Below, piece by piece: positions 14,235 to 27,500 of a stretch of DNA of 64,000 nt (the stretch's first letter is position 1; each line of letters starts with the position of its first letter). The stretch spans positions 7,316,001 through 7,380,000 of the forward strand of contig CP158635.1 of assembly GCA_050273025.1 (NCBI GenBank), in the 5' to 3' direction. The DNA is from Cenococcum geophilum (taxonomy: Eukaryota). The translations under genes were made by a program, and so were the position numbers. The notes beneath the pieces are model-generated. The model was not told where the DNA came from and searched no databases. It worked only from the letters and a program-made list of their open reading frames with translations.

Positions 14235-14660
14235 ACGTATTCCACCACCGAGCCGGCAGAACCACCGAGCCGGCAAGTCCATTTCCCCACCAAAAATCGT
14301 AAAAATCACAATATAATATCTTAACAACCACTTAATAATAAATTTTAAAAATTTATATTTAGACTTTTATATACGCTTTGCAGCTTCTATTAAAGTTGTA
14401 TAGTAATTAGTTAAGTGGTTTTTAAAATATTATAATTTGGGGGCCAAAATATAGCCAAATTACTATATCTTAAAAACTACTAAACTAATTACTATGCAAC
14501 TTTAATAGAAGCTGCAAAGCGTATATAAAAGTCTAAATATAAATTTTTAAAATTTATTATTAAGTGGTTGTTAAGATATTATATTGTGATTTTTACGATT
14601 TTTGGTGGGGAAATGGACTTGCCGGCTCGGTGGTTCTGCCGGCTCGGTGGTGGAATACGT
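14235..14660. mobile_element. Foldback MITE (Tc1/mariner-pogo type) inserted in the chromodomain of element B
   Basis: ACGTATTCCACCACCGAGCCGGC...GCCGGCTCGGTGGTGGAATACGT; about 200-bp near-perfect arms; TA at 14233-14234 and 14661-14662. Confidence 0.9.
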
Positions 14661-14836
14661 TATAATAAATGGAAATATTAATATATATATCTCACGAAAT
14701 AGAAAGGCTTTACTAAGCCCTTATGGAAACCTGTTAACTCTATAGGACTTATATAAGCCATAGAAGACTTTTATAAACTCCATCTAGAACTACTATAACC
14801 CTATCTCGCAGAAGCTCAAGTTTAAAGGGGGGGTAC

Positions 14837-15205
14837 TATTATGGGACACCCCTGTAATACCTTATACACGTCTACCTGTTTCTACTAACTTAGCAACTAA
14901 AGACCGACCACGAGACGGCAATTTGCGGCAATCTAACGGTAATCTGTTATATTCTGCCATATTCTACTATATTCCACTAAGTTCTACTAAATCCTACTAA
15001 GTTCTGCCAGGACTACTACCTAAATCCTATTCTGCTCTATATATGTATTAACTAAGCAACTAAGCTAACAATACATACCCTTTCTTCCCGTTTTCCTACC
15101 TTCTCTCCTTATATAACGTCTTGACCTTACTATACAGTTTATGTATATAGCTTAATAATATCTACTTTGCTATATATTATCGTCACTTATACTTACTTCG
15201 TAACA
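14837..15205 (+). repeat. 3' LTR of Gypsy element B
   Basis: Follows the polypurine tract, ends CGTAACA, followed by TSD ACCCC. Confidence 0.95.
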
Positions 15206-17981
15206 ACCCCCGTAGCACCACCTATATAGCCCGCCGCTAATTTAGCAGCTAGCTATACGGCCAGTCCTACTATAGGTCCGGCGAATGCTCGGCCTATATA
15301 TAGTAACCCCTATATATAGGCCCTTAGTAATTAAGGAACTTACTTCTCTTATAGTTAGAAAGGTTACTATATAAAGGATTACCTAATAAATGTAAAAGTG
15401 GATAAGGTTTTGTTAATCTAAGAGGATAGTATAGAGTTAGAAAAAGAGGAACTTTAGAGGAATACTTCTCTCTAGGGTTAAATAGGATTAATATATTAGA
15501 TGTTAATCTAGGTCGGCTAGTTAGTAAAAGAAGCTGCACTATCCCTTATACTTTATTCCATAATAAATACTAAGTTTTAACTTCTGCTTTAGCTAACTTT
15601 AGAGTAAATACCTTTACCTTAATAGACACCTAGTATACTATAAAGCTGGCTAACTTTCTAAATGCACCTATTAAAGAACTACCTAAACCAATTTCTATCC
15701 GCGGGTATAACGGGCGGATAGGGCCACCTATTATAACTATCTTGTAGATTTACCTCCGTGTTAATAAACAAAGGTAGTATAATATCCCCTTCTTTATTAT
15801 AGACCTAGGTAGCTATAATATAATCTTAAGGCGAAAATAGCTAGCCTATTTAGGCTTATAGCTTAATATACGGAGTAGACGGCTTATCTAGCCCAAAACT
15901 CTACCCCTAACCCCTTCCTTTATAAAAGAAATTAGCATTATAATAGAAAACCTTATACGGCCCTAGATTAATACTATTTACTAGGCCAATACTATATGTA
16001 GAGGCTAGGCCTTTAAGAAAGATATATAGCTTAATTTATAACGGATCCGTATACTATATTGCCCCTAAACCACCTATATTACGCTACCCGCATTAAAAAC
16101 CTAAGAAGTTAGTAGTAACCTAGAAAAGCCCCCTATAGAGAGCTTAGGCCCTATATAGCCATAAAGAATAGTAAGGGATGTTAGATATTATACTAAACTA
16201 ATAAATTAGAGGGATAACCTACGGAAGATGGAATAGGAGCTAGAAAAGATTCTAAACCCTAAACCGTAAAATATGGTCTAGAAAACGGCTGTAAGGAAAC
16301 TAGCAGACTTTCTACTAGTTAATATCTGCTATATTAATGCCGTAGAATTCTACTAGAACTTGGTTTAGCCTAATACCGTTACCTTTATAACAAGCTTATA
16401 TAAAATTAATTAAATAATTAAGGGAAAAAAAGTAAGCTTAGCGAATAAGAAAGCGAGCTTATAGATAAGGAACTAGTAGAATAAAAGCTGCCCTATTAAC
16501 ACTAGAAATTTAAGGACATATTCTCTAAAGCAGCGTCTAATATACTTCTACCTTACTAACTATATAACTATAAGATTAAAATTAAGCAGGGCAAGGAAAA
16601 TACCCTTAGCTTTAGCCCCCTCTATAAGCAGTTTATTACTAAATTATAGGCTATAAAGTAATATCTTATTAATAACCTAAATAAGGGCTTTATTAAGCCT
16701 AGCTAAGCCCCTTTCGCCTTACCTATTCTCTTTATTAAAAAGCTAAATAGAGGACTCTACTTCTGTATTAATTATTATAAGCTAAATAATATAACCTGCA
16801 AGGACCGCTATCCGCTGCCCCTACTTAATAAGACTTTAGCCCGAATAAGTAGAGCTAAGGTCTTTATAAAGCTTAATATCCGCTAGGCCTTTTACTAAAT
16901 TAGAATAAACCCCGGGTCTAAAGATCTTACTATATTTTAAACCTATTACGGAATGTATAAATATAAGGTACTTCCTTTTAGACTAACTAACGGACTAGCT
17001 ATATACTAGCGGTATATAAATAATGTACTCTTTAACTACTTTAATAACTTCTATACAGCCTATTTAGATAATATTATAATCTACTCTAAGAATAAGCTAG
17101 AATACAAGGAGCACATCTATAAAGTCCTATAATAGCTCTACAAGGCTAGCCTCTAAGTCAATATTAAGAAGTTAGAGTTTAGTGTTAAGCGTATAAAGTA
17201 TCTAAGTTTTATTATTAATATAGACGGAATTAAAACCAACCTAGAGAAGATAGCTGTAATTAACTAGTAGGCACCCCCACGGACCGTAAAGGGGGTATAA
17301 TTATTTTTAGGTTTTTATAACTTCTACTAACGCTTTATTAAGAACTATAGTAGGATCACCTAGCCTCTTAACCGTCTTATTAGAAAAGACTAGCCCTTTT
17401 ACTTTAACGCTATATGCAGACAGGCCTTTAATAAGCTTAAGAAACGGCTAGTATTAGCTCCCCTACTTGCCTATTTTAACCTAAAATAGCCCTTAATACT
17501 AGAAACTAATACCTTAGACGGCGTAATAGCTAGTGTTTTTTCCTAGAAGCAAGTGGACGGAGAGTGGCACCCTATTGTATACTATTTAAAGACTATAATA
17601 AATGCCGAGCTAAACTACCACATCTATAATAAAAAAATGCTAGCTATTATCTCTAGCTTTTAGCACTAGCGTATATAGCTAAAGGGGACCCCTAAGCTAA
17701 TTAAGGTAGTTTTAGATTATAAGGCCCTAGAATACTTTATAATAACTAAGGCCCTTATAGCCTAGTAGGTATACTAGGCGGATACCCTATCTTAGTTTAA
17801 CTTCTTAATTATATATAAACTAGGCGCTATAAACCGTGCGGATACTCTTATAAAGCGTAAGTAAGACCTAAATAACTAGACGGCTATAAAGATCTTATTA
17901 TAAACCTAAAAGCTACTATAACTAGAATACCTTAACCCCTAAATATAGGCAGAACTATATACAGACTTCTTAGGCGCCGAG

Positions 17982-18231
17982 TGTCACGGGACTCACGCGT
18001 TCTCACGTCCCTACGCGTTTTGACGTTCTTGACCCGTACTCACGTTCGTCCCGAGACACCTACGCACGTTCCCCTACAACTCCTATTTATACCCGTACCT
18101 AGCACACGAAGATTCTTCTTCTTCATCCAAATGTCTTTGTATCAACCACGCATAGTTACGCGTACGTAGCCTTCTTCAATTACTACCCTATTTAGTACAT
18201 TGTATTCCAGCTCGTGCCCACTTCCGTGACA
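17982..18231. mobile_element. Solo LTR (250 bp) inserted in pol of element A
   Basis: TGTCACGG...CCGTGACA perfect 8-bp terminal inverted repeat; 5-bp TSD CCGAG at 17977-17981 and 18232-18236. Confidence 0.9.
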
Positions 18232-19559
18232 CCGAGATATATTCTATTAACTCCTTTAAACTTAACCTTATTAATAAACTACTATAGGCTAACTAAACAA
18301 CCCCCTCTCTATAGGAGTACTGTAAAAAGGTAAAGAACGTTACTAGCCTATAGTCCCTTAAAAACGGACTACTTAAGCTCTAGAAACGGCTAGTAGTAAC
18401 TAAGAAATAGAACTTACGGACCTAGCTTATTGCCGAAGCTTATACCTAGGTCTCTACAGCCTACCCTAGAAAAAATAAGACCCGTAAGATTGTTAGTAAC
18501 CGCTACTACTAGCCCGGAATAGTTATAGATATTAACCGTTATGTATAGAACTGCGACAGCTGCTGTAGATTTATAATCCCATAAGATAAGACCCTAGGAC
18601 TATTAAAACCACTTCTAATACTAGAACGCCCCTAGTAATATATCTTTATAGACTTCTATAAGCTACCTATAGACCATAACGGATATAATATAGTTATAAT
18701 TCTAGTTAACCACTTTAGTAAGCGCCTGTTCTTAATCCTATATTATAAGAATATTAATACTAAAGAAGCAGCCTAACTATATATCTACTACGTCTACCAA
18801 ATCTATGGACTACTAGATACTATTATATCCAATTATAGGCCGCAATTTATATTAGTATTCTAGAATAAGTTTACCTAAATCTTAGGCATTAAGCTAAAGC
18901 TTTCTACTATATACCACCCCTAAATAGATAGTTAGACAGAAATTGTAAATTAATACTTAGATTAGAGACTTTGGCCCTTTATTAAATACTTCTAAGATAA
19001 CTAGGCTAAACTACTACCTCTAATAGACTATACCCAAGCGACCCTACCCTATAACTCTATAGGATTTGCCCCTATTTAACTAGAAAAGACTAAAAGGACC
19101 CTAGACCGTACGCGAAAAACTATTTTATAAGAAAGCACGGCAGTACGCTAAGCGCTTAGAAGAAGCCTAAACGGTAGCCTATATAAATCTAGAAAAGGCC
19201 TAGAAATTAATATAATAATAGGCGAATAAGTATAGGCGAGAGCTTAACTTTACCGTAGGAGATATGGTTTAGGTTATAATAAAAAACTAAAAGACAAAAC
19301 GACCTAGCCATAAGCTAGACTATTAGATAGTAGGACTATATAAGGTTCTTAAAAAGATAGGCAACGCGTATAAAGTACCTAGCTAGAACACAGACAATAC
19401 ACTCTCTCTGCTGCCTGAAGATTTGCCCATTTTTAGCGTGAACGTGCGACACCTGCACCGCTATGCGGTCTCTTCTTGGGTCGCAAGCCATTCTTCGACG
19501 TAACATGTGCGTTGAGGCAACTGTAACGACGTCTTCGCGAGAAAGGCGACAAAAAAGTC

Positions 19560-20100
19560 GGAACGCGATGACCAAATATCAGCCAGCAGGGAGAGGTCGC
19601 CAAAGCCAACCGCTCACCTCCCTAGAGCGCCTTCATTGGACGAAATCGCCAGCGTCCGTCGAGCGCTGCTCAAGCCATCACCGATAACTGGTCTCAAAGC
19701 AACGAATCGGCTGACGCTGCTCGGGAGTTTTCCTTACAGGATTCTACAATCTCCCCAAGCCTCGTAGGTTTATGCACCGTATACCCAGTTCCTTGCCGCT
19801 TCAGACTCTTTAAGATATAAAAAAGGCGAGCTATCCCCGGGATCATTTCTAGCGAGCAATTGCAGGAAATGAAGGACACGGCACTCTTTTTGCGGCGCGA
19901 GAACATATAAAGTAGAATCTTAATTGCGAGGCTGTCCTTATATAAGAACTATTTAGATTTAGGACAGTGCAAGTAATTAGTACAGGTGTTGTGGGACGAG
20001 TAATCACTTCTTTTAATGAAACCTTGAATAAAGCCTTCCAAGAAATAATTAAAAAAAATAGTAGTTTATAAGGCGTGGAGAAACACGTCATTGGTCAGCA
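19560..20100 (+). pseudogene. Possible degraded ORF remnant (RIP leakage)
   Basis: One frame reads protein-like (RRFMHRIPSSLPLQTL*DIKKASYPRDHF*RAIAGNEGHGTLFAAREHIK*...) with TAA/TAG stops consistent with CAA/TGG mutation; no family recognised. Confidence 0.25.
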
Positions 20101-20276
20101 CAGTAGATGCTGTCAATGCTTAGCTTTCACTCCTAAGCAATAGCCAGCAGAGTTTCGTCACATCGTGATGGACCTCGTTCAATTCCAAAGCGGGCAACCA
20201 AGCATTGATCGCTGTTGGAAACCTTCGGCACCCCCAAGTTGTCCCCTGAGAAAGAAGCAGTCAACCATTGTCGTAT

Positions 20277-23200
20277 CTATGGACAAGTAGCCGGGATCGC
20301 AATCAGGTTACTGGATCGCAGAATCCGAGCGCCGCCCAGATTAGCTGTCAGAGGCAAGTCTGGGAAGTTTTCTTGCGGCATTAGTTCCACAGCAAGCACG
20401 CTCAGGGGTGCCTTAACAGAGAACCCAAGCGCAGCAAGTTGCGGAAACACGTCTCTATCGAGATCAAAAACCGCTTCGCCGTATGCCTGAACTTGTGAGT
20501 GAAAGTTCTGTGCAACCACGGCTCGCCTAGATGCCACGAAGACATTGTGGAAATCTTCTCCATCTAGGCGTGCCGCTTGCGCATATAGTACCACCTCAAT
20601 TGTCGAGGCAACTGATTTTGGGAAGTCAGCACGACCGCGATTGATTGGTAACGCATATGGCGCGCTTGCGATGATGCTGGAAATGTTCCTAGTAACCCGG
20701 ACATTCAGAGCAGGGGACGGGTGTTGAATGCCAGTCACACGCAGCGGCGGACCAAACCGACCTTGCGCTGTTGACCATAAGCTTCCGGAATGTCCAACTC
20801 GTAACTCATATGTAAACATTCCCAAGAGTTCAGGCGAATCTTCTGACATTCCAGGCGGAAGTGGCAAAGCCCAGTGGATTGGGGAGTCGGATGGAATCAA
20901 GGGCTGCATCGCGTAAAGACCAGCCGAGTCATCTGATTGACCAACAATTATCTTACGGACCGGTTCGGGGTCTATGGGGAGAGGCGGCTCGGAGTTTGGT
21001 CCTGTGGCAGATTCCGAACCTGCAAATAACGGGTCTGCACAATGCTGCAGGACACGAGCAAAGTAGCTATCTTGGGGATTTTGTAAAGCCTCTGCCAGCT
21101 CGATCCACAAGGCACGCTTGCGCGGCTCAGTCGATGCATAGTCTGATGATCGATGGTATGGGGACAACGCTATGCCTGCTGAAACAATGCGCGGCACTTG
21201 TGCTGGTGGCGTGGTCACCGGCAAGGTCATTTCAAGCTCCATCGGTCCATCTCCTTCACCTCCGCCTTGGAACGAGCAGACCAGCTCATAATCGAGCTGA
21301 ATTTCAGCTGGAAGCTCGCCTGGCTTCGGTTGAGGGTTTATAACGTCGATTATGATCAAGTCTGTTTCGTCTCGAGTAGGTGCGGTAAGGGCATCATGGT
21401 TGACATCTCCCGGTAACGAGAATTTACCGATCGTTGCGCCATCACGAGACACTGTCAGCTCGGACAATCCAATCCAAGTCCAGTCTCGTTTAATTGTCAA
21501 GCGAGCCACGACGAGCCAACGTAAGGCAAGGTCGCTCTGAGAAGCAAAGGTAATACTAGCCCGGTCAGGACCAAGTACATACTGGATGGACGAAGCACAA
21601 GCGAACACTGCGCGACGGCCGGGCTGAGGACGCAGTGTCAAGTTCTCGCTGCGCAGCTCCAAGGAGGACGCGAGTGTGGATGCAATATCGGAACCCTTCT
21701 CGTTAGGTTTTGCGGACGAGAGTAACAGGTCCGACAACGCTCCATCTGGCGGGATGTCCGGTTGTAGATACAGAGCACAGAACCGCTTGCTAGATGTTGT
21801 TTCCTTGAATAACGCTTGCTCACGCGAAGCATGCTTGAGTAGCGTTACTTGCGTGTCGATACTGCGAAGAATGTCCTCCGCTCCAAAATATACGAGTGGC
21901 TGCGTCGGATCAGTCCGTGGGTCCTCTCGGCAGAGCGACCTGATTCGCAATCTGATCAACCTTGCAGTTGGTAAATGCAGAGCTCCATCTGCTCCAACTG
22001 AGAAATCAAAGACATTGGAGATGTCTTTCCATGTCAAGTCAAGCTCGAGGGGCCTGTCAGCTGCTGTTGGAAATTGCCTCTCTACCGTAACCAAGGGGAT
22101 GAAGTTGTCACTACTAGCCAGTGGATCACCTTTCAGTGCTCCTACTTCGACAGTAATCTCAACGCGGTTCACATCTGGATCTGGTAATCCCGGTTCTCGT
22201 TGTTCTGTTTTGCTTGCAGCAATGTCATCGAGAAGGAGTTGTATGGCGTTTGTATATGCTCCAGTACACAGGACTGCGTTGCAACTTAGCAATGGCCTGT
22301 GAATCACAAGTCTGTCTGGCGCATTTTCTAGGTCTGGTTGGCTGCTGTCACCAATGTCGTCCTGGATGGTGGGCCGCAAAGGAGGAACCCATCGCCTAAA
22401 AGGAATAGTGGCAACTGGTTGTGGTCCAGGCAACAACGGGTCACTCTGGACCAGTGGGCCGCCGCCTGTTTGGTCCATGAATCGGACTCGAATTTCATAA
22501 GATTTCCCGTACAGTAACTGGGTAGCAGGCTCTGTTCCCACGACCAGCGGTATCGACGCCTGTTGTATACCCATTAGTTTCAACCTCCTTGGGTCTTTGC
22601 TGACAAGGGATGTTCCATCCCACGCCGACATGTATATCGGCAGCCCTGACACAGAGTCAGTGTTCTGATGTGCATAAAAATCCTTCGAGTAGCTTACAGA
22701 AGTCCCCCTTCGCTTCTCCACGGGAATTACCTGGATGCACTTCCACGTGCAGTTCGCCATCAAAAGTCCCAAACTCAAGATCTTTGAACTTGAGAGGCCC
22801 TTTTGCTCGTACTAGAGACTCCCAAGCTTCCTCGCCCTCCACTCTGATATCAATGCGGTAGCCAAGAATTCCGAACGGGCTATCGTGACCCTCGAGATCC
22901 GGTGAGAGCTGACGATTCATCCATAGAGCCATCTGCTCATCGTCCCATCCAATCTGTAGTCCGCATTCTTTGATTGGGCGACGTCCATCTCCAGATTGTT
23001 TTATTGGATCCATGTACTTCATTTGAGCCACATGGACAGCTTTGGCCCAGCCATCATTGTAGTCTTCGAATTCGGCGAATATCTGGTCGTAATTGACACC
23101 AAATGACTCGTCTGCTCGTACCGGAAAGAAAACCGGGCTGAAAAGGTGTCGGTTCGCACTCAAAGGCGGAATCTGCGTTGCATATGTTTTCAAGGCTTTC

Positions 23201-23847
23201 GGAGCGCCAGGAAACGTGACTCCAGATCCTCCGGAAGCTAAGGAAATCCACAGATAGCCCCCTTCTTCCAACAAGCTGCGATCAGCAACGGGAACGTGAA
23301 GACTCCGAATCATACCAGCTGCTCGTGCGAGAGACGGGTTCCGAATGAGAATCGCATAGACCTTGCCCCAGCTGATCAAAGGGTTTGGTGGCATTGGTTT
23401 GTATTTCGTATCTGGAGGGAAACTTATGGCGCAATTATACTCCTTTCCAAATACCAGGAGGCCAGAAGAGCTTGTCTGCGTTCCCACAGCCTGCCTGTAT
23501 GACTCGGGTGCATACTTGCGAACTCGATTCTCGGGACTGCGAACAGCCTTTCCGGCGGCTTCACTGATAGGCAGCTCATCCTGAAGTGCCGTGAAGAGCG
23601 ATGTTGCTGTCCCAACCGCGTCAGAAGCGATTACTGAAAATGGTGCAGTTGCCTCGAGTGGCAATGTATCGACGCCAGACTGGACGTGAACGTTGAAGTC
23701 GAAGGCAGCCTCCGCAAAGCTCTTTGGGTTTGGGGACAACAAAGGTTTGAGAGGACTGTTGCGTGGAAGCAAAAGCACATTGATTGTAAGAGTATCGGCC
23801 TCCCACTTCTGGAGGAAAGGTAGCGCAACCAGAACTATCTCCGACAT
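20277..23847 (-). CDS. Large hypothetical protein A, about 1172 aa, two exons (23847-22698, 22645-20277); bacterial-type uncharacterised family by recollection
   Basis: The 396-aa and 833-aa ORFs are joined by a 52-bp intron at 22697-22646 (GTAAGC...CTGAC...CAG), giving ...KGDF-W-LPIYMSAW... in frame. Motifs GWDDEQ, YEIRVRFMDQTGGGP, PDPDV, RDWTW, WSTAQGRFG. No internal stops and no obvious signal peptide. Confidence 0.85.
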
Positions 23848-24055
23848 GGTGGAGGAGAGAAAAAATTCAGGCGAGCATGAAGTTTGCAGGACTACTCAAG
23901 CAGTAAGAATATCGTAATGGGGCGGGCAGGCTTCAGAGGTTCTTCAGCCTAGTCCAGCATTGTTGTTGATGCAGACCGGTCATAATCTGCTTTCACTGAG
24001 ATGTGTATACGAGACGAGGATATGGAGGTTCAACTGATGCAGGAAAGTGGCGAAA

Positions 24056-24366
24056 GACGAAAGAGCAATGAAACAAAAGTCAGCTTCCGTTTGGATATCG
24101 TCCAAGATGTGTCGCGTAGCCAGTTTGGCACATGCCCTGCGCGAAGAGCTGAATGCATACTGCAGCTGGAAAGTTCCGGTCACTCGTTCTCGGCCAATCC
24201 GACACGACGAAAGAGCGATGGAACAAAAGTCAGCTTCCGTTTGGATATCGTCCAAGATGTGTCGCGTAGCCAGTTTGGCACATGCCCTGCGCGAAGAGCT
24301 GAATGCATACTGCAGCTGGAAAGTTCCGGTCACTCGTTCTTGGCCAATCCGACACGACGAAAGAGC
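24056..24366. repeat. 150-bp tandem duplication in the divergent intergenic region
   Basis: Two nearly identical 150-bp units; GACGAAAGAGC occurs at 24056, 24206 and 24356. Confidence 0.95.
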
Positions 24367-24546
24367 TGAACAAGCAGACCGGTGAGAAGTTCAGTTTTCA
24401 GTAAATCGCGAGGGTGTGGAAGAATTACGTGGAGCATTTCAGGCTCCATCCAAACCTTGCTCCTGAAGTTGTCATGGTCAAGTCCTCTCGCCCTTCAATG
24501 CGCATGCCATCCTTAACTTCTGCTATTTTCAGTCATATTTGCGATT

Positions 24547-27500
24547 ATGGATAACCCCCTTGATCAGTTCCTCCAAAACCGTCGAGATGATTCAAACTCA
24601 TCGATATCACTCCGCGATGCAGTTTCAGGAATCCAGCTTGACCAGCTGGCTGGTGCTCCGAGATCTCATGCGGTCCCAAGCTCTACCCTGGGGCCCTTTC
24701 GAGATCGGTTTGGACGAGACATTCTCGTAGACGTCTTCGATGCAACTGTATTGCAATTCGTGAAAGTCGTTCGGGAAGATGCAAGTCAAGCTTTCCTGCT
24801 TATCCACTCCTCTGCGGCCGACTTTGCGGGTGGTGGCACTTCTTTCACATTAAGTGGAGGATCACTACATCTCCGAGCTTCAGAGTTCGCGCCAGCGTCT
24901 ACAGACTTCTTCTCTGGTTTTCTCGGCTTCAAGATCGTCGAAGGAACCCTGGCATTCCGTGGGGAATATACCTTCGATGCAGCTTCGCAGACGCTCACAT
25001 TACTCGAGCCGCACGACGATCCTGGACCCTTTCCGGGACTGTTATCACTTTCCATGAAACTTGAGTACCCTGGGTCGTCATCTGTAGAGCTTAGCGGGAA
25101 AGGGCCTCAAGACGTTGTTCTGGAATTTGATGGAGCCTCTAGCCATGGAGGAGCGTTAGTCTCGGCCACGAATGGCTCCCTTTTACTACAGGGGAATACT
25201 GTATCTTTCACATATCTGGGGAAGCCTCCGGAATTCAATGCCGACTTAGCATCTCTAGGATTCGAGTTCCAGTCCGATCAATCAAAATTCTCAGGCCGGC
25301 ATGGACCGGGAACTTTGGTTGAGTTCATGGGGACTGCAGCCATTGCGAAAGCAACCTGGATAATTCCAGTAAGTTTTCAAGACCAATCGACACTTGGTGA
25401 AGTCGTAGGGTCCGGATCGATGGGCATCGAGTTATCCCCTGGACTTTCTATGAAGATACCTAGCCTAGGTGCGTCACTGGTCTGTGGTAAGATGCTAGTA
25501 GCCGTGCAAGGCAACGACATGTCGGCCGTGGGATCGGAAGGAAAGCTGAGTTCTGCAACTCATACCACCAAATTATGGAGCAACAGCTCGGTGACGTTCC
25601 GGAAGCAGGCGAGGACACAAATCACATACTTCTTCCAGCAAGCCGGAAGTGGAGAGGCCTTGGTCATGCCAATTGACTCGAAGATCAGCTTGAACAAGCC
25701 ATGCACGATCAATGGGGCAGACACCGTCTTGTCCGGGCAGGGGACACTTGCGCTCACGTCGGACGCTCAGTCCACGTCAATTAATATCGTGAGCACAGAA
25801 GGCCAGGCTTCGCCCGCTGAACGCCAATCCTACGCCTTGAAGAATGCCCTCTTCCAGACGAACAAGGTCAAGGCAATACGATTGGTGGGAGTGTATTCGA
25901 AAAACGGTGGCGGCTTGTCCAACGCCGGTGCCAACGTAACATTCGAATTGGCCCACGTAGTTCCTTTCCTCCCAGATCCCTATACCACCAATCTCGCAAT
26001 TGATCTCCAAAACCTCGCTCGGAGGGGGCTCGGCACTGATGTTGAGCTTTTCGCAGTGTGGAATAGGGAGACAGATGCAACGATCGACGTGAAGATGGAC
26101 CCGACGAGTTTGAGTGAGCTTGTGGTATTGCCCAGGGGCAATGATATCGACATGTCGCGCTCAGATGGTGGACGCTTGCTGCCGCTGAACGACAGGATCG
26201 AGGCGCCACCGACGACAGACGAAGTGACCGCACTCATTCAGCAAGGGCCGCTTCTGCTCGACCTCTCCTCAAATGCCTCTCAGTTCGGAGTTCGCATCAA
26301 CACGGCTTCTGACCGTAGTCTTGCGAGCATGGAGCTTTCGGTCTCCGACCTGCTTTTGCATCTTCCGTACAGGTTCATGAACCTCACAGCTCTTCCAGCT
26401 GTGCAGTGGGAGCCCGTCACCGCTGTCGAGAGTAGCAAAAGCCTCGACTTTGCTGGGTCCGGTCCGACCACGGTCATGGGCTCAGATACGGTCTCTCTGA
26501 CTCCGGTCACACCACGCCACGCCATCGATGGTTTCATCTTTGCTGCACAACCGCAGGCTGATCCACCTAGATTTTCAGTTCGCTTCGGACTGCCATCCGG
26601 AATTGTCGCCTATTCGACCTGGCCACGAACTGACGAACAATCGCCACGCGTTCTAGCCGTTCAGCCCAAGTTCTCATCTCCCGGCCTTACAGGAGGGGAC
26701 CAAGTGTCAATTCAAGCATCATCAAGGTTCGTATTCCCACCTAACAGACCGAGAGCGTCACCGCATCTGCCGGGCGTCGCACAATTGCGGGTAACCGGTG
26801 CGCGTTCTGGAGCGGACGCCTCTGCCATAGGTAAAAGCGACTTCATCAAGCTTTTCAACGACACCTTTGGCAAACCCGGCGGCAAGATCCCGGTGACCAG
26901 AGTGGACATCTCGGGCTACGGCGAGAGCCTGTTCAGCGACTGGCGTAACATACCCAACACTACTAGCGGCGCCGTCATAGAGAAGGTGCAGTTCCAGACG
27001 GCGGTTGGGAGGACCATTCGGGAGGTGGTGCAAATAACCTCGATTTGCTACTGCTACTGCTGGCGCGCGACCAAGACCATCGAAACCGAAAGAGCAAGCG
27101 ACGGGAAGCTGTACATCAGAGAGAGCGGATGGGAACCCACGGCGGATGGAGTCGGCGACGCTGGAACTTCAGGCATCATCAATCACGCAGGAGTCTTTCG
27201 TCATGCCAAAAACATCACCAACGTCCGCGAGATCGGAGGTCGCTCGAGGAACGTGTTGATCCCAGGTGCTGCCGAGCCGGTAACTGTGCAAGCTGTACTC
27301 TTCAACTGTACGTTAGACTTGGAAGGCACAGCAAACGTTCCGGCCTTAGATCAACTGGGTTACATCCCTTTGGGCGAGTTCACACCTGCGCACTACGCAC
27401 AGCTACTCGATGATGTTGGAACGCTAGGACGACCTATTGACACGACAATCGATGTCGCTAGCACAGGGCTTGAGATGAAGGTGCAGAGCGTCGGAGTGGG

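Larger units (their letters stand above)
8671..15205 (+). mobile_element. Full-length chromoviral Ty3/Gypsy element B nested in the gag of element A, RIPed
   Basis: Matching 369-bp LTRs at 8671-9039 and 14837-15205. 5-bp TSD ACCCC at 8666-8670 and 15206-15210. PPT AAAGGGGGGG before the 3' LTR. gag from about 9076; RT (YINNILIYS, RIPed YIDDILIYS, about 11971); RNase H; integrase; chromodomain (YLTK*KGFTKPLWKP, about 14690). Confidence 0.95.
7329..19378 (+). mobile_element. Ty3/Gypsy element A (host element), RIPed, 3'-truncated; interrupted by element B and a solo LTR
   Basis: LTR-like start TGTTACGGC at 7329. gag at about 8060 (KVIDPLLLIDGTDPIFNN*KL*L*DKLKVNTDYFP). After element B: zinc knuckle at about 15335 (GTYFSYS*KGYYIKDY), protease ALANFRVN at about 15586, RT AYLDNIIIYS at about 17058, RNase H, integrase 18.4-19.1 kb. 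Stops abruptly at GNAYKV (about 19377) with no 3' LTR. Confidence 0.85.

Noticed and set aside
2865..18169. Short ORFs in the AT-rich block
   Set aside because: Chance ORFs within RIPed transposon, MITE or solo-LTR sequence.
22657..22778. Frameshift or pseudogene (or two separate genes) at the overlap of the 396-aa and 833-aa ORFs
   Set aside because: Fully explained by a canonical 52-bp intron that restores the frame.
23980..24385. 112-122-aa ORFs in the intergenic duplication
   Set aside because: Their length is inflated by the in-frame 150-bp duplication; open in three frames with no recognisable protein features.
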